Assembly (NCBI GenBank): GCA_038208355.1
Contig: JBBQYU010000003.1
Location: 1 to 35,906, forward strand
DNA: 35,906 nt
DNA from: Candidatus Moraniibacteriota bacterium
GTDB taxonomy: Bacteria; Patescibacteriota; Minisyncoccia; Moranbacterales; UBA1568
Direction of reading: 5' to 3'
A program made the translations under genes and the position numbers. The notes beneath the pieces are model-generated. The model made no database searches. It had not been told where the DNA came from and saw only the letters and a program-made list of their open reading frames with translations. Shown here piece after piece: positions 18,621 through 27,753 of this stretch. Each line of letters starts with the position of its first letter. The stretch's first letter is position 1.

Positions 18621-19889
18621 CTAAGGAAGAAACTCTTTTCCTCGCCGCTTACGATGAAAAGACAGGGCAAAGCGATGTGCCTCATCATTGGCCAGCAAAA
18701 TCTCTTTTTTGAAACGAGCCGAGAGTGTCTCCGATCCAATTAGGCGCTCCGGTGTGTGCCGCACATTCTTCACCACACCAACAATCGGCACTGTCACTCC
18801 CGCTTCTCGGAGCGCCTTTTCCGCCACCCCAAACTGAAGCGCCGCCCCATCCACCACCACAAGCTCCGGCAGGTCCCACTCGGCATGTTCCAATCGTCGC
18901 GTCAAAATCTCTTTCAAAGCCGAGAGATCGTTACCACCATGCTCACCGCGCAAAATAAATTTCCGGTATTCGCTCGGCTGCTTCATACTCTCAGCCACTA
19001 CCGTCATCACACCCACACTCTGCTCCCCCATGAGATGAGCCACGTCATAGGCCTCGATACGATGAGCCTGTGCCTCATGGAAATCGTCTTTGACCAGAGC
19101 CATATCCTGAATGTGACCCAGACCAAAAAGTGTTCTTTTAATTTCTCCGGCTTGCTCAAAATCCAAACGTTTGGCGGCCGCTTTCATTTCCCGAGTCATT
19201 TTTTTCTGCAGAGCACTCTTGCGTCCTTCAAAAAATAAACGAATATGGTTGATAGCGCGTGCATAGTCACGCGCCGATATAACCCCTGTACAGACTCCCG
19301 GACACAACCCTATTTGGGCATTGAAGCACGGCTTGGCCGCCACTCGACGACGCGCCGGCAACTCTTCCAACGGCAAACACGTATCCCGAAAGGGAAACAA
19401 TTTGCGCACGATTTTCAAAGCGTCACGCAGCGCTCCCCCAGCAGGAAACGGCCCGAACAGATACTTGACCGGCAGAGTGAATTTCTTCTGCTCAATATCA
19501 CGCCCGCGTACCGTCAACACCCGAGGAAATTTCTCCTGAGTAATCACGACGTGGTTATAACTCTTGTCATCCTTGAGATCAGTATTGTAAGGTGGCTGCT
19601 CTGCCTTGACGAGGCGCGCTTCTAATATGAGCGCCTCCAAGACCGAGTCTGTTTGACGGTAAGCCAAACGCGTCGCCTTCTCCAGCATGAGGACAATCTT
19701 GGGGCCACGAGTGAGCGCCAAGTCCTGAGAAAAGTAGCTCTTCACCCGGTCCCGCAGCGCCGTGGCCTTGCCGATATAAAGAATATTTTTATCCTCGTCC
19801 AGGAAAAAATACACCCCCGGCGTTTCCGGCAAGGTGTTTTTTTTATGAAACGCCGTAAGCGTTATACATTTCTCCCACTGTTTTACCAT
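18621..19889 (-). CDS. uvrC: UvrC-like excinuclease (GIY-YIG + Cys cluster + UVR + RNase H-like; no HhH tail)
   Basis: LPETPGVYFF, LYIGKA..LRDRVKSYF, EALILE, PPYN, IEAYDVAH, VVVDG, DEAHRFA. Confidence 0.88.
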   Translation of the reverse strand: MVKQWEKCITLTAFHKKNTLPETPGVYFFLDEDKNILYIGKATALRDRVKSYFSQDLALTRGPKIVLMLEKATRLAYRQTDSVLEALILEARLVKAEQPPYNTDLKDDKSYNHVVITQEKFPRVLTVRGRDIEQKKFTLPVKYLFGPFPAGGALRDALKIVRKLFPFRDTCLPLEELPARRRVAAKPCFNAQIGLCPGVCTGVISARDYARAINHIRLFFEGRKSALQKKMTREMKAAAKRLDFEQAGEIKRTLFGLGHIQDMALVKDDFHEAQAHRIEAYDVAHLMGEQSVGVMTVVAESMKQPSEYRKFILRGEHGGNDLSALKEILTRRLEHAEWDLPELVVVDGAALQFGVAEKALREAGVTVPIVGVVKNVRHTPERLIGSETLSARFKKEILLANDEAHRFALSFHRKRRGKEFLP

Positions 19890-19973
19890 ACTAGTTTCTT
19901 CATAGCCCCTCCATTCAAGCAGTTTCACGCCCCAAAGGCAACCCGCCCACCGATAACTACATGCTTGTCATTA

Positions 19974-20002
19974 TTGACTTTCCTGATAAAATAGAGTATA
20001 AT
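19974..20002 (+). promoter_or_regulatory. Near-consensus sigma70 promoter
   Basis: TTGACT-17-TATAAT. Confidence 0.8.
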
Positions 20003-20044
20003 ATACTGTTGAACATTAACAACTACCACCTACTGGAGAAAACC

Positions 20045-20542
20045 ATGCAAAACTCCGAAAATTCCCCTAAAAAGGAGGAGACACTCGAGACCGCTATGAC
20101 CCACGAAGTCAAAACGCTGTACTACAGTACCATGCGCAACAACTTCATGTTCCACGAAAAAGCTTATTTGGACATGGAGTGGTTCAAGAAACACTTCGCC
20201 ACTGTGGCGCATCGACATGGATTTGTATTTCACAGCGGCAAGTCCGTATTGAATGACTCGCAGCGGGCCGATCGCCGCGCATACAACCTCTACTTCGAAG
20301 TAGTGCGCAACCGCTTAAGCGCTGCCATCAAACGCCTCCAAAGCAACCAGGCGGAAAATAAACGCCAACAAGCGGAAAAAGTTCTGGCTCGACAAGCTGA
20401 TGGAACTAAGACGCAGGTTCGTACCGTACAACCGGTCCAACTCAGCCTCTCGGCAGACGACACACCAAGTCATCCGTCTCTGTCACCACCCCATTCCTTC
20501 GTGGAGTGGCACAAGCGGTTCAAGGCAACACATGCCAAGTAA
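20045..20542 (+). CDS. Hypothetical protein
   Basis: GGAG SD before the ATG at 20045; promoter upstream and terminator downstream. Confidence 0.7.
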   Translation: MQNSENSPKKEETLETAMTHEVKTLYYSTMRNNFMFHEKAYLDMEWFKKHFATVAHRHGFVFHSGKSVLNDSQRADRRAYNLYFEVVRNRLSAAIKRLQSNQAENKRQQAEKVLARQADGTKTQVRTVQPVQLSLSADDTPSHPSLSPPHSFVEWHKRFKATHAK

Positions 20543-20556
20543 CCGTAACCCCAAAC

Positions 20557-20599
20557 GACGTCCGTCACTTCGTGTGACGCGGCGTCTTTTTCTTTTTTC
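20557..20599 (+). terminator. Intrinsic terminator
   Basis: gacgtccgtcac / gtgacgcggcgtc bulged stem followed by T-runs. Confidence 0.65.
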
Positions 20600-20664
20600 T
20601 TTCAAAAAATGTATCCAAAGAAAAAAGGGAGCAGATATGTTCTATCCCTCTCCCTCTCTGTTTG

Positions 20665-21159
20665 TCACCGAAAAATCCCCCCTTCATCGCCAAGAATATT
20701 TGTGGTCACGGTATTAAGAATCAAATAGACGGTTTCATAAACGTCTTTGGGATCCTCTGCCCGAAAACAGATTTCCTCAAAAGTAATCAAAACCGGGGCA
20801 GATTTCTTATTCTGCACAAAGGGCAGATTCCGTCGATGAAACAACCGGTACGGCCCAAGGGCGCCGATACCGTATTGGGTCTGACCAGCACGGTTCTCCG
20901 TCTGAGCCACAACAAACGTCGCCTGCGTACAACCAAGAATGGTGGACATCTCGCGTCCTCTCTCTCCTGAAAAAAGCTCCCTCAGCTTTCGAGCTAACAG
21001 TCGCTTCATTGGTGTGAAAGCATGGCTTTCCATAATAACCTTGGGAACTATCGGAAACGAAAGCGCCTGCGTGGCCGCCACTTCCGGAGAACGCTCAAGC
21101 AACACCTGGTATGCCCGAGCTACTCTCCTATGAATATAGGATTCTACATAGCCTGACAT
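20665..21159 (-). CDS. Hypothetical protein
   Basis: GAGGAG SD and promoter at 21199-21227; no known motif. Confidence 0.65.
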   Translation of the reverse strand: MSGYVESYIHRRVARAYQVLLERSPEVAATQALSFPIVPKVIMESHAFTPMKRLLARKLRELFSGERGREMSTILGCTQATFVVAQTENRAGQTQYGIGALGPYRLFHRRNLPFVQNKKSAPVLITFEEICFRAEDPKDVYETVYLILNTVTTNILGDEGGIFR

Positions 21160-21198
21160 ACCAAGCTCCTCTCTCTCTTTGTTAAGCTGCGATACTGT

Positions 21199-21227
21199 AC
21201 TATACGACGAAGCAGCAGTACCGTCAA
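21199..21227 (-). promoter_or_regulatory. Sigma70 promoter
   Basis: TTGACG-17-TATAGT. Confidence 0.65.
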
Positions 21228-21260
21228 CGAAGGCGTATGTATAAAAACTTTTCGGGTAAC

Positions 21261-21292
21261 AAAAAAGCCACCCTCTTGCGAGGGTGGCTTTT
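21261..21292 (-). terminator. Intrinsic terminator of csp
   Basis: Perfect stem aaaagccaccctc / gagggtggctttt with T6 on the minus strand. Confidence 0.9.
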
Positions 21293-21305
21293 GCATCAGA
21301 CGCTA

Positions 21306-21503
21306 TTACGCGCGTGATACACCTGTGGCTGCAGGTCCTTTTTCGCCATCGACGACTTCGAAAGAGACGACATCGCCAACTTTCAATTCATCAAAGGTGA
21401 CACCAACCAACTCCTTGGAGTGGAAGAACAGATCCTTCACTTCGCCTTCGCGAGCAATGAATCCGAATCCTCTGTCCGTAAGGGTTTTGATAGTTCCGGT
21501 CAT
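21306..21503 (-). CDS. csp: Cold-shock protein (CspA family)
   Basis: RGFGFI (RNP1), DLFFH (RNP2), KGPAA. Confidence 0.96.
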   Translation of the reverse strand: MTGTIKTLTDRGFGFIAREGEVKDLFFHSKELVGVTFDELKVGDVVSFEVVDGEKGPAATGVSRA

Positions 21504-21573
21504 AGATTTCTTTGGATTGTTTATAGACTGCGCAAACTCGACTCTGTTAGCGTGGCTTCTTCAGCACGTATCG

Positions 21574-21602
21574 ATTATAGCATGGTTTCCAAAAGAATGC
21601 AA
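21574..21602 (-). promoter_or_regulatory. csp promoter
   Basis: TTGCAT-17-TATAAT with a TGn extended -10. Confidence 0.75.
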
Positions 21603-21788
21603 GCCCCGCCTACTAATGCCTCCCTCCCACCTTTTCCCAAGGAGTGGTATACTGAAGAAGCAAAGCCTTCAGAAGGACCGGCGCAAAATTGAAACCCACC
21701 TGGATTTACAGGGAAAAAAGTTTATTTTTTCCGTTACTTCTTTTCACGGGATTCAGCCGCCGCTCTGCATTGAGGGCTTTTTGCATTT

Positions 21789-22355
21789 CTATCCCCTTTT
21801 CTGTGACTTACTCTGCCACCAAGAGGGATATTCTCCGCGACGAAAACACATCATATCAAACACCGCCATAAGCGCAATCAGCCAAGGAGCAAATCCAAAC
21901 AACGTGTCTGAAACCGAATGTGACCGGCGATCAATAAAGGAAAAAATCAGCCCAGCGATGCCTATAAGTATGAGAGTCACCGCCCATCCCCGTCGAGAGA
22001 CAGGATAGTAAAAGGCAAACCATTTCCAGAAACGAGCAGGGCGAAACCAGTAGGCGTGAGATGATGGTGCCAGCTGATCGGCCGCTCGCGGTGTCGCTTG
22101 CGCAAATCTTTTTTTTACCACATCCAATCCCCCTAGGTTGATCACTTCGGTAAACCCCATGTTAACCAAAAGCTGCCTGGCTTGTCCCGAGCGAGCCCCA
22201 GAGCGACAGTACAACTCAATACGCTCCCCTTTATCAGTATCGGCCAACACGCCGATATTGCCACAAGCGATACCAATGAGAGGAATCAAAAGAGCACCGG
22301 GAGCATGGTATTCATCAAACTCCTTCTTGCTACGCACATCAATGAGTAAGGCCAT
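21789..22355 (-). CDS. Rhodanese domain fused to a small 2-TM membrane domain
   Basis: IDVRS..EF...HAPGA, active-site YCRSGARS, NLGG; C-terminal YWF...YPVSRRGW plus two TM segments. Confidence 0.85.
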   Translation of the reverse strand: MALLIDVRSKKEFDEYHAPGALLIPLIGIACGNIGVLADTDKGERIELYCRSGARSGQARQLLVNMGFTEVINLGGLDVVKKRFAQATPRAADQLAPSSHAYWFRPARFWKWFAFYYPVSRRGWAVTLILIGIAGLIFSFIDRRSHSVSDTLFGFAPWLIALMAVFDMMCFRRGEYPSWWQSKSQKRG

Positions 22356-22371
22356 AAAAAATCTAACTTAT

Positions 22372-24180
22372 TTACTTGGAGCGCCGATACGCCCCAGATA
22401 CTTTACCATAGAGAAACAATTCTGTCGCCAGAAAAAGCCATTTGGTCGCGTTGACCACAGTCCAATACTCGGGATGTTTGGTCTGTGCTGCCGCTCGCGA
22501 CATTTTTTCGTACAGTTTTTTATCAGTGAACAAATCAAACAGATACTGAGCCACTTTTTTCGTATCACCCGTCGTCACCAGAAAACCATTTTTTTCATGT
22601 TGAATTTGCAAAGGAATCCCTCCAGTACGATAAGCAACCACCGGTACGCCCTTGGCCAGAGACTCCGTCACTTTCACTTCGAATCCTTCGCGACGGGAAA
22701 GTTGTAGAGCAACCGAACTGCCCCGCAACAACGCATTCAATAACTGATCGACATGCGGCACACGCGCCACTTTGATATCGCTCGCCAGATGTTTGTAACG
22801 ATCCATTTCGAGAAGAAGCAGTATCTCATCGAGAATCATGCTCCCCTGAGGATCATCAATCGCCCCGTTTCCGATGATGACCAACTGTGGAGTCTCTCGT
22901 AGTGAGTGATGCGTATCGTCAAATTCCTTGCGAAACCGCCGATAGGCCTCTACAACATCCGGGATGCCCTTAGAAGGATCGAAACGCGCCACTTGGATAA
23001 TATAGGGCCGACTCAGGCGCAAGGGCGACTGGCCGTTTTCCGCCAGGATTTGATTGAAAAGTCGCTGGTAGTAACGCAGATGCTGTGGTGAAAGTTCTTT
23101 GTTCAATCCGTCCAACGGGTCGGTGGCGGCCGGCATCAACACCACTTTTCCCTTCGGCAAATCCTTAGGGACAAAGGCCTTGATCGGATGACTCACAAAG
23201 ATATCCGCCTGATAGATGTTCTTTTTCAAAAAGCTCCAAGTCTTTTCCTGTGGCAAACCCTGACGATTGATAAGGTCGGCGCGTACCTGGATATGCGAAC
23301 GATAAATAATCTTGACCTGAGGGTTAGCCTGCTTGATAAAGGGAATCATGCCTGAGGGTTGCGGATCATCGATCACCACGACATCAGCGTCTCGATAAAC
23401 CCGACGAAACGCCCGAGCATTCTTAGCCACCCAATCCTCATAGATTTTTTTGTCACTGCTATTGAGTATGACATTGCGCGCCGCCACTCCCTGCAAGACA
23501 TTGTGGAATTTACGCTTGGTCACATCAAACACGGCCGTATCCGGACTCATAACATACCAACTGACGTCCACTCCCAACAATCGATAGAGACGCATCATGG
23601 CGTGGCGCATCAAAGCAACGCCGCCGCCGCTGGGCGTACTGCTGAAAAACACCATTTTGATATGTTTTTCCCGATAGCGACGTGTCCGTTCCATGAGGCC
23701 AGAAAAATCACGCGGCGATGTGACCGCGGCGTATTCATCTAGATTGGTCAAATACGAGGGGATGACCTGGCGCGTGTGCGTCAGAGAGACTCGAGCGATA
23801 GAGCCATCATGATATCTTTTGGCCACCGCTTGGGCAGCTGTGGCTGCTTCTTTTTTGCCGGGCTTTTCCGCAGGAAACAGATGCGCCACAATATCATATT
23901 TCAACCACAACCTGGTGGCTAGTTTAGCATTGCGCTTTTCATCGCCTCCACAAATACCCAGCGCCACTACCTTTACATGGTGCTGCTTTGTATACGCTCG
24001 CAAAAAACGAGTCACCTCCTGCCGAACCTTTTTTCCTGAAGTAACCACAGAGGCCTCGGTCATTTCCCCTCGACGATTGACTATAGCAACAAAGAATTTT
24101 TCATCGTGCCAAGAGAGTCCAGCATACGCCGGCGGAGAGAGAACAGTTGATCGTGGTGGAAGAATATCAATTTTTCGCAT
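22372..24180 (-). CDS. GT4 glycosyltransferase, trehalose phosphorylase/synthase type
   Basis: FFSSTPSGGGVALMRH, IDDPQP, YRSHI, DPLDGLNK, QVARFDPSKG, EGFEVKVTE, GGIPLQI. Confidence 0.88.
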   Translation of the reverse strand: MRKIDILPPRSTVLSPPAYAGLSWHDEKFFVAIVNRRGEMTEASVVTSGKKVRQEVTRFLRAYTKQHHVKVVALGICGGDEKRNAKLATRLWLKYDIVAHLFPAEKPGKKEAATAAQAVAKRYHDGSIARVSLTHTRQVIPSYLTNLDEYAAVTSPRDFSGLMERTRRYREKHIKMVFFSSTPSGGGVALMRHAMMRLYRLLGVDVSWYVMSPDTAVFDVTKRKFHNVLQGVAARNVILNSSDKKIYEDWVAKNARAFRRVYRDADVVVIDDPQPSGMIPFIKQANPQVKIIYRSHIQVRADLINRQGLPQEKTWSFLKKNIYQADIFVSHPIKAFVPKDLPKGKVVLMPAATDPLDGLNKELSPQHLRYYQRLFNQILAENGQSPLRLSRPYIIQVARFDPSKGIPDVVEAYRRFRKEFDDTHHSLRETPQLVIIGNGAIDDPQGSMILDEILLLLEMDRYKHLASDIKVARVPHVDQLLNALLRGSSVALQLSRREGFEVKVTESLAKGVPVVAYRTGGIPLQIQHEKNGFLVTTGDTKKVAQYLFDLFTDKKLYEKMSRAAAQTKHPEYWTVVNATKWLFLATELFLYGKVSGAYRRSK

Positions 24181-24199
24181 TGAATTTTGTTTTATGGAT

Positions 24200-24586
24200 T
24201 CATACTGACAAAACTTCACGCACATAGTCCACCGCTTTCTGCGGAGTGGTTAAAGACTTGATGAGATAAAAACGTGTTTCATACTGCCCAACCGTCTTGT
24301 AGGCATCCTCGTTATCGAGGTTCGACAAGATAATAACGGGAATCTTTTTCAATTCTGCGTCTGCCGCCAGCTCATCCAACACTTCCACTCCGCCCTTCAC
24401 CGGCATCTGCAAATCAAGAAGAATGATATCCGGATGCTCTGCACGAATCACCCGCATTCCCGCTTCCCCATCAACCGCCAACGACACATCAAACCCCTCA
24501 CTATTAAACTTCATGAGGTAAATCTCACGCACGTTCTCATCATCATCGATGATGCATACTTTTTTCTTCGGCGCCATTGCCTCCAT
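24200..24586 (-). CDS. Stand-alone response regulator receiver protein
   Basis: IIDDD, PDIILLDLQMP (phosphoacceptor Asp), IPVIILSN, YLIK. Confidence 0.92.
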   Translation of the reverse strand: MEAMAPKKKVCIIDDDENVREIYLMKFNSEGFDVSLAVDGEAGMRVIRAEHPDIILLDLQMPVKGGVEVLDELAADAELKKIPVIILSNLDNEDAYKTVGQYETRFYLIKSLTTPQKAVDYVREVLSV

Positions 24587-24606
24587 AAGGATAGCTCTCT
24601 TACAAA

Positions 24607-24999
24607 TTAACCAAGAAAATCATAATCGCGCTCAAAACGGGCGCGCCAAGCAATCATATTAATAAACCCGTACAAAAGAACGGTAATCGTCAATAGACCA
24701 AGATTCCGCTCATGATTGAGTGACGCCTGATCCACAAGAAAATAGGTCATGACAAACGCCATAAGTGGCAGTACCACATCTACCCAGCCATTGCCCGGCG
24801 CTTCACTCAAACGAAAATATTTTTCCAAAAGTTCCCAGGCCAAGGCCAGCCCGAGAGTGACAAAAAAAGCATCAAAGGCCGAAAAAGAAAAGGTAATAGC
24901 CGCCAAGGCAGTAACCACCCCGAAGAGAAAATGAGGCACTGACCACCAGTCAAACATTTTTCTCGGGTCAAACAGTTGCCGCTTTTTTTTGTGTTTCAT
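24607..24999 (-). CDS. Membrane protein, about 4 TM
   Basis: DWWSVPHF...AWELLE motif and hydrophobic helices. Confidence 0.75.
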   Translation of the reverse strand: MKHKKKRQLFDPRKMFDWWSVPHFLFGVVTALAAITFSFSAFDAFFVTLGLALAWELLEKYFRLSEAPGNGWVDVVLPLMAFVMTYFLVDQASLNHERNLGLLTITVLLYGFINMIAWRARFERDYDFLG

Positions 25000-25076
25000 A
25001 GAAAACAAGGCTCTTTGCCATTATTCTACCACAATTCTCCTCTTTTGCTACGCCCTGTCAATACCTGCCCACCACC

Positions 25077-25304
25077 CTAGACTGCTGAGAGGTATTCAAA
25101 GACTTTTTTCTTGCCCGTGGCCCCAGAACGGAGTACTAGCCGCGCCGGCGCCACGCCCAAAAACATCGCTAATGCCTTGGTAATAGCCGCGTTAGCCTTT
25201 CCCTCCACTGGCGCTACCTTCACCGCTACCCTAAAATGCGTGGCATCAATCTGCTCCACCTCGGTGGCGCGCGCTTTGGTCTTGGCGATGACAAATAGCC
25301 GCAT
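25077..25304 (-). CDS. DUF167/YggU family protein
   Basis: APVEGKANAA, LA.FLGV, SGATGKKK. Confidence 0.9.
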   Translation of the reverse strand: MRLFVIAKTKARATEVEQIDATHFRVAVKVAPVEGKANAAITKALAMFLGVAPARLVLRSGATGKKKVFEYLSAV

Positions 25305-25331
25305 AACGATACCTGAGAGAAAAGTTAACCT

Positions 25332-26453
25332 CTATTCGAGGGTAATAGAGACGATTTCGGGGACATTACCGACACGCATGGCTGGGCCCCAGGTACCTAC
25401 CCCGTTAGAAGTATAGAGCGTATAGTCGCCCATCGGATACAAACCGTAATCAAACCCTTTATAAACCAGAGCAGTAATCAGCCCAAAAGGATATATCTGA
25501 CCTTTATGGGTGTGGCCGGAGAGCTGAAGATTGATACCGGCCTCGACGAATTGCGTGATATAGGTCGGCGAGTGAAAGAGCAACACATTTGGTTGTCCAA
25601 GATACTGGTCTTTCAGTATTGCCAAGACATCCAAGACACTCGCGGTAGACACACCGCGCTCCGGATACGATAGTCCAATCACTTTAAGCCCGCGCACGTC
25701 AACCACCTGATTGTCGAGAATATGAACCTTGGTCTGCGCCAAAACCGAAAAGACTTCAGAAAGTCCCACATAGGTCTCGTGATTGCCCGTTACAAAATAC
25801 ACTCCCTGAGGCGCGCGCAGGGTATCGAGCGGCTGAACCAGGGTATCAAGATGACCATCCATCCCATCGAAGAGGTCTCCTGTGATAAATACTACTTCTG
25901 GATTAACGGCATTCACCTGTGCCATCACCCCCGAAAGCCACCGAGCCTGGTAGATGGCCCCCAAATGTACATCGGACAACTGAACCACTTTTTTCCCGCG
26001 CCATTCCTCTGGCAGCCCCGGAATACGGACCGTAATCTCACGGACGCGCGGATGGAAAGCGTTGTAGCTGCCGGCAATCGAAACTACCACAGCCAGTCCC
26101 ACTACCAACAAACCCACAACCGTCTGCGCTATGCCCCAACCGAACCATGACAGCACAAAAGAAAAAAACCATGCACCGAGCAAAAGCAAAATAAGATTGG
26201 TTAACAACCCCAGCCAAAAACCGGAAAGAAAGTAGAGCCCTCGAGTAAAAGTATTTTCCTGCCAATGAATAAGCAGCGAGAAAAGGATAAAGCTTGACCC
26301 AAACAGCGCCAAAGCGCCCATGAGCCAATACTTCACCTGAGTCGGGAGAGTCGGGAAAAAGTGCACGATACCCTGATAGGCCAGGAAATGGGCTCCGAAT
26401 AAAATAAGTATCGCCGCACCAATAAAAGCGACTATTTGCATACGTATGGTCAT
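25332..26453 (-). CDS. Membrane-anchored calcineurin-like metallophosphoesterase (YkuE/YaeI-like)
   Basis: SDVHLG, TGDLFD, GNHE, SGHTHKGQ, GTWGP; N-terminal TMs. Confidence 0.92.
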   Translation of the reverse strand: MTIRMQIVAFIGAAILILFGAHFLAYQGIVHFFPTLPTQVKYWLMGALALFGSSFILFSLLIHWQENTFTRGLYFLSGFWLGLLTNLILLLLGAWFFSFVLSWFGWGIAQTVVGLLVVGLAVVVSIAGSYNAFHPRVREITVRIPGLPEEWRGKKVVQLSDVHLGAIYQARWLSGVMAQVNAVNPEVVFITGDLFDGMDGHLDTLVQPLDTLRAPQGVYFVTGNHETYVGLSEVFSVLAQTKVHILDNQVVDVRGLKVIGLSYPERGVSTASVLDVLAILKDQYLGQPNVLLFHSPTYITQFVEAGINLQLSGHTHKGQIYPFGLITALVYKGFDYGLYPMGDYTLYTSNGVGTWGPAMRVGNVPEIVSITLE

Positions 26454-26495
26454 GAGAATACTTCACTATATTTCTTTGTCTATTCTAACACAAAT

Positions 26496-26531
26496 AAAAA
26501 GACCTAGCGCGCCACGATGGACTACGCTAGG
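26496..26531 (-). terminator. Terminator-like hairpin
   Basis: cctagcg / cgctagg stem followed by T5 on the minus strand. Confidence 0.55.
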
Positions 26532-26578
26532 TGATTGAGAAATTCTCCACAAAGGAGAGGGGCCGGCCTGGAATGAGG

Positions 26579-26854
26579 CTACGACACGATGGTGGCCAGC
26601 AGCAGCCCGCGCGCCGTCTGAACCGCCACTTCGAGTTCGTCCAATTCATGCAAGCTGAAGGTGCCAATGCTATGCTTGTTCGGCTTGCGCAACCGTACCA
26701 AGCCACGTTGACCAGGCCTGATTACCAGCGCTTGCATAGAGTGCACCTCGGTGCCGCTGTGCGTTGTGCCATGACATTCGATCCACTTCTCGGCGTTGTT
26801 CTTCTTGCCGGGGCGATGTGTAAAACTCTTCGACTCTTGATTACTGCTCAGCAT
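26579..26854 (-). CDS. Hypothetical protein (91 aa)
   Basis: AAGGAG SD before the ATG at 26854; promoter upstream and terminator downstream. Confidence 0.65.
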   Translation of the reverse strand: MLSSNQESKSFTHRPGKKNNAEKWIECHGTTHSGTEVHSMQALVIRPGQRGLVRLRKPNKHSIGTFSLHELDELEVAVQTARGLLLATIVS

Positions 26855-26930
26855 GTCTCTACTCCTTGTATTGTGCCCCAAGTCCCGACGGAACTTGTAA
26901 AGCAATCAACCTCGATGGTTGATAAAAGAT

Positions 26931-26959
26931 ACTATAGTGAAAGAGAAAAATTCTGTCAA
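26931..26959 (-). promoter_or_regulatory. Sigma70 promoter
   Basis: TTGACA-17-TATAGT. Confidence 0.7.
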
Positions 26960-27049
26960 GAAATAATTAAGATACATGATAAAAAAAGCCCCCAAGAAAT
27001 ATCGGGGAGCCTCTTACTTTGTGCCAACATGAAAGACGAAAACGGGTAG

Positions 27050-27451
27050 CTATTCCGTGGTTGCACCGTCAAATTCCGGACTGTCCGCCTCGGCCTCTTC
27101 GCGGGTTGCCCGCACCACGCCGTCCTGATGATGGGGCGGAGCGTAAATCGTATACAGTTTCAGCGTTTCAGTCTGTGAAGTATTGATGACATTGTGCTGC
27201 GCGCCCATCGGGACGATGACCGCATCACCATCTGTCACTGTATAGACACTCTCGTCGATAACCACTTGGCCCGTGCCACTCTCAAAACGAAAAAACTGAT
27301 CTCCTTCATCGTGGGTCTCCAATCCGATTTCTTCCCCCGGCAAAAGCGACATCAACACCAACTGACAATCCGCCGCCGTATAGAGCACTCGACGAAAATC
27401 ACTGTTGTCTTCAGTCAGCTGCTCGATATTCCCAAAGTATCCTTTTTTCAT
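27050..27451 (-). CDS. Cupin domain protein
   Basis: FRRVLYT, QLVLMSL.PGEEIG.E.H..DQFF, VPMGAQHNV, KLYTIYAPPHH. Confidence 0.92.
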   Translation of the reverse strand: MKKGYFGNIEQLTEDNSDFRRVLYTAADCQLVLMSLLPGEEIGLETHDEGDQFFRFESGTGQVVIDESVYTVTDGDAVIVPMGAQHNVINTSQTETLKLYTIYAPPHHQDGVVRATREEAEADSPEFDGATTE

Positions 27452-27483
27452 ATGATTGAAAAAATTATGGATTATCTGCTTGC

Positions 27484-27741
27484 CTACAGTATACACCCAC
27501 CCGAAGCAATGAGTGTCAGCTTGGCCGCTCGGGACAGTTTTTTGACTCGCGCCTCCGCCTGAGTAGCGGTAGAACGATTGCGGAAACGCTTGGTATAGAC
27601 CAGCTCCACTGGCCGGCGCGCCCGGGTGTACTTGGCGCCCCGCAGAGAAGCGTTATGCTCCTCCACTCGGCGCTTCACATCAACCGTGATGCCGGTATAG
27701 AGCGTCTGATCAGCACATTTCAGAATATACAAATAGTACAT
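27484..27741 (-). CDS. GIY-YIG nuclease (YhbQ/UPF0213)
   Basis: YLYILKC.D.TLYTGIT, GAKYTR.RRP, EARVKKLSR. Confidence 0.93.
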   Translation of the reverse strand: MYYLYILKCADQTLYTGITVDVKRRVEEHNASLRGAKYTRARRPVELVYTKRFRNRSTATQAEARVKKLSRAAKLTLIASGGCIL

Positions 27742-27753
27742 ACGATACTAACA

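Noticed and set aside
21555-21661. Inverted 10-mer GCTTCTTCAG/CTGAAGAAGC around the csp promoter, possibly a divergent sRNA
   Set aside because: Too short to exclude chance, and no other support.
26531-27049. 172-aa plus-strand ORF
   Set aside because: Promoter, SD and terminator all support the overlapping minus-strand gene 26579-26854.
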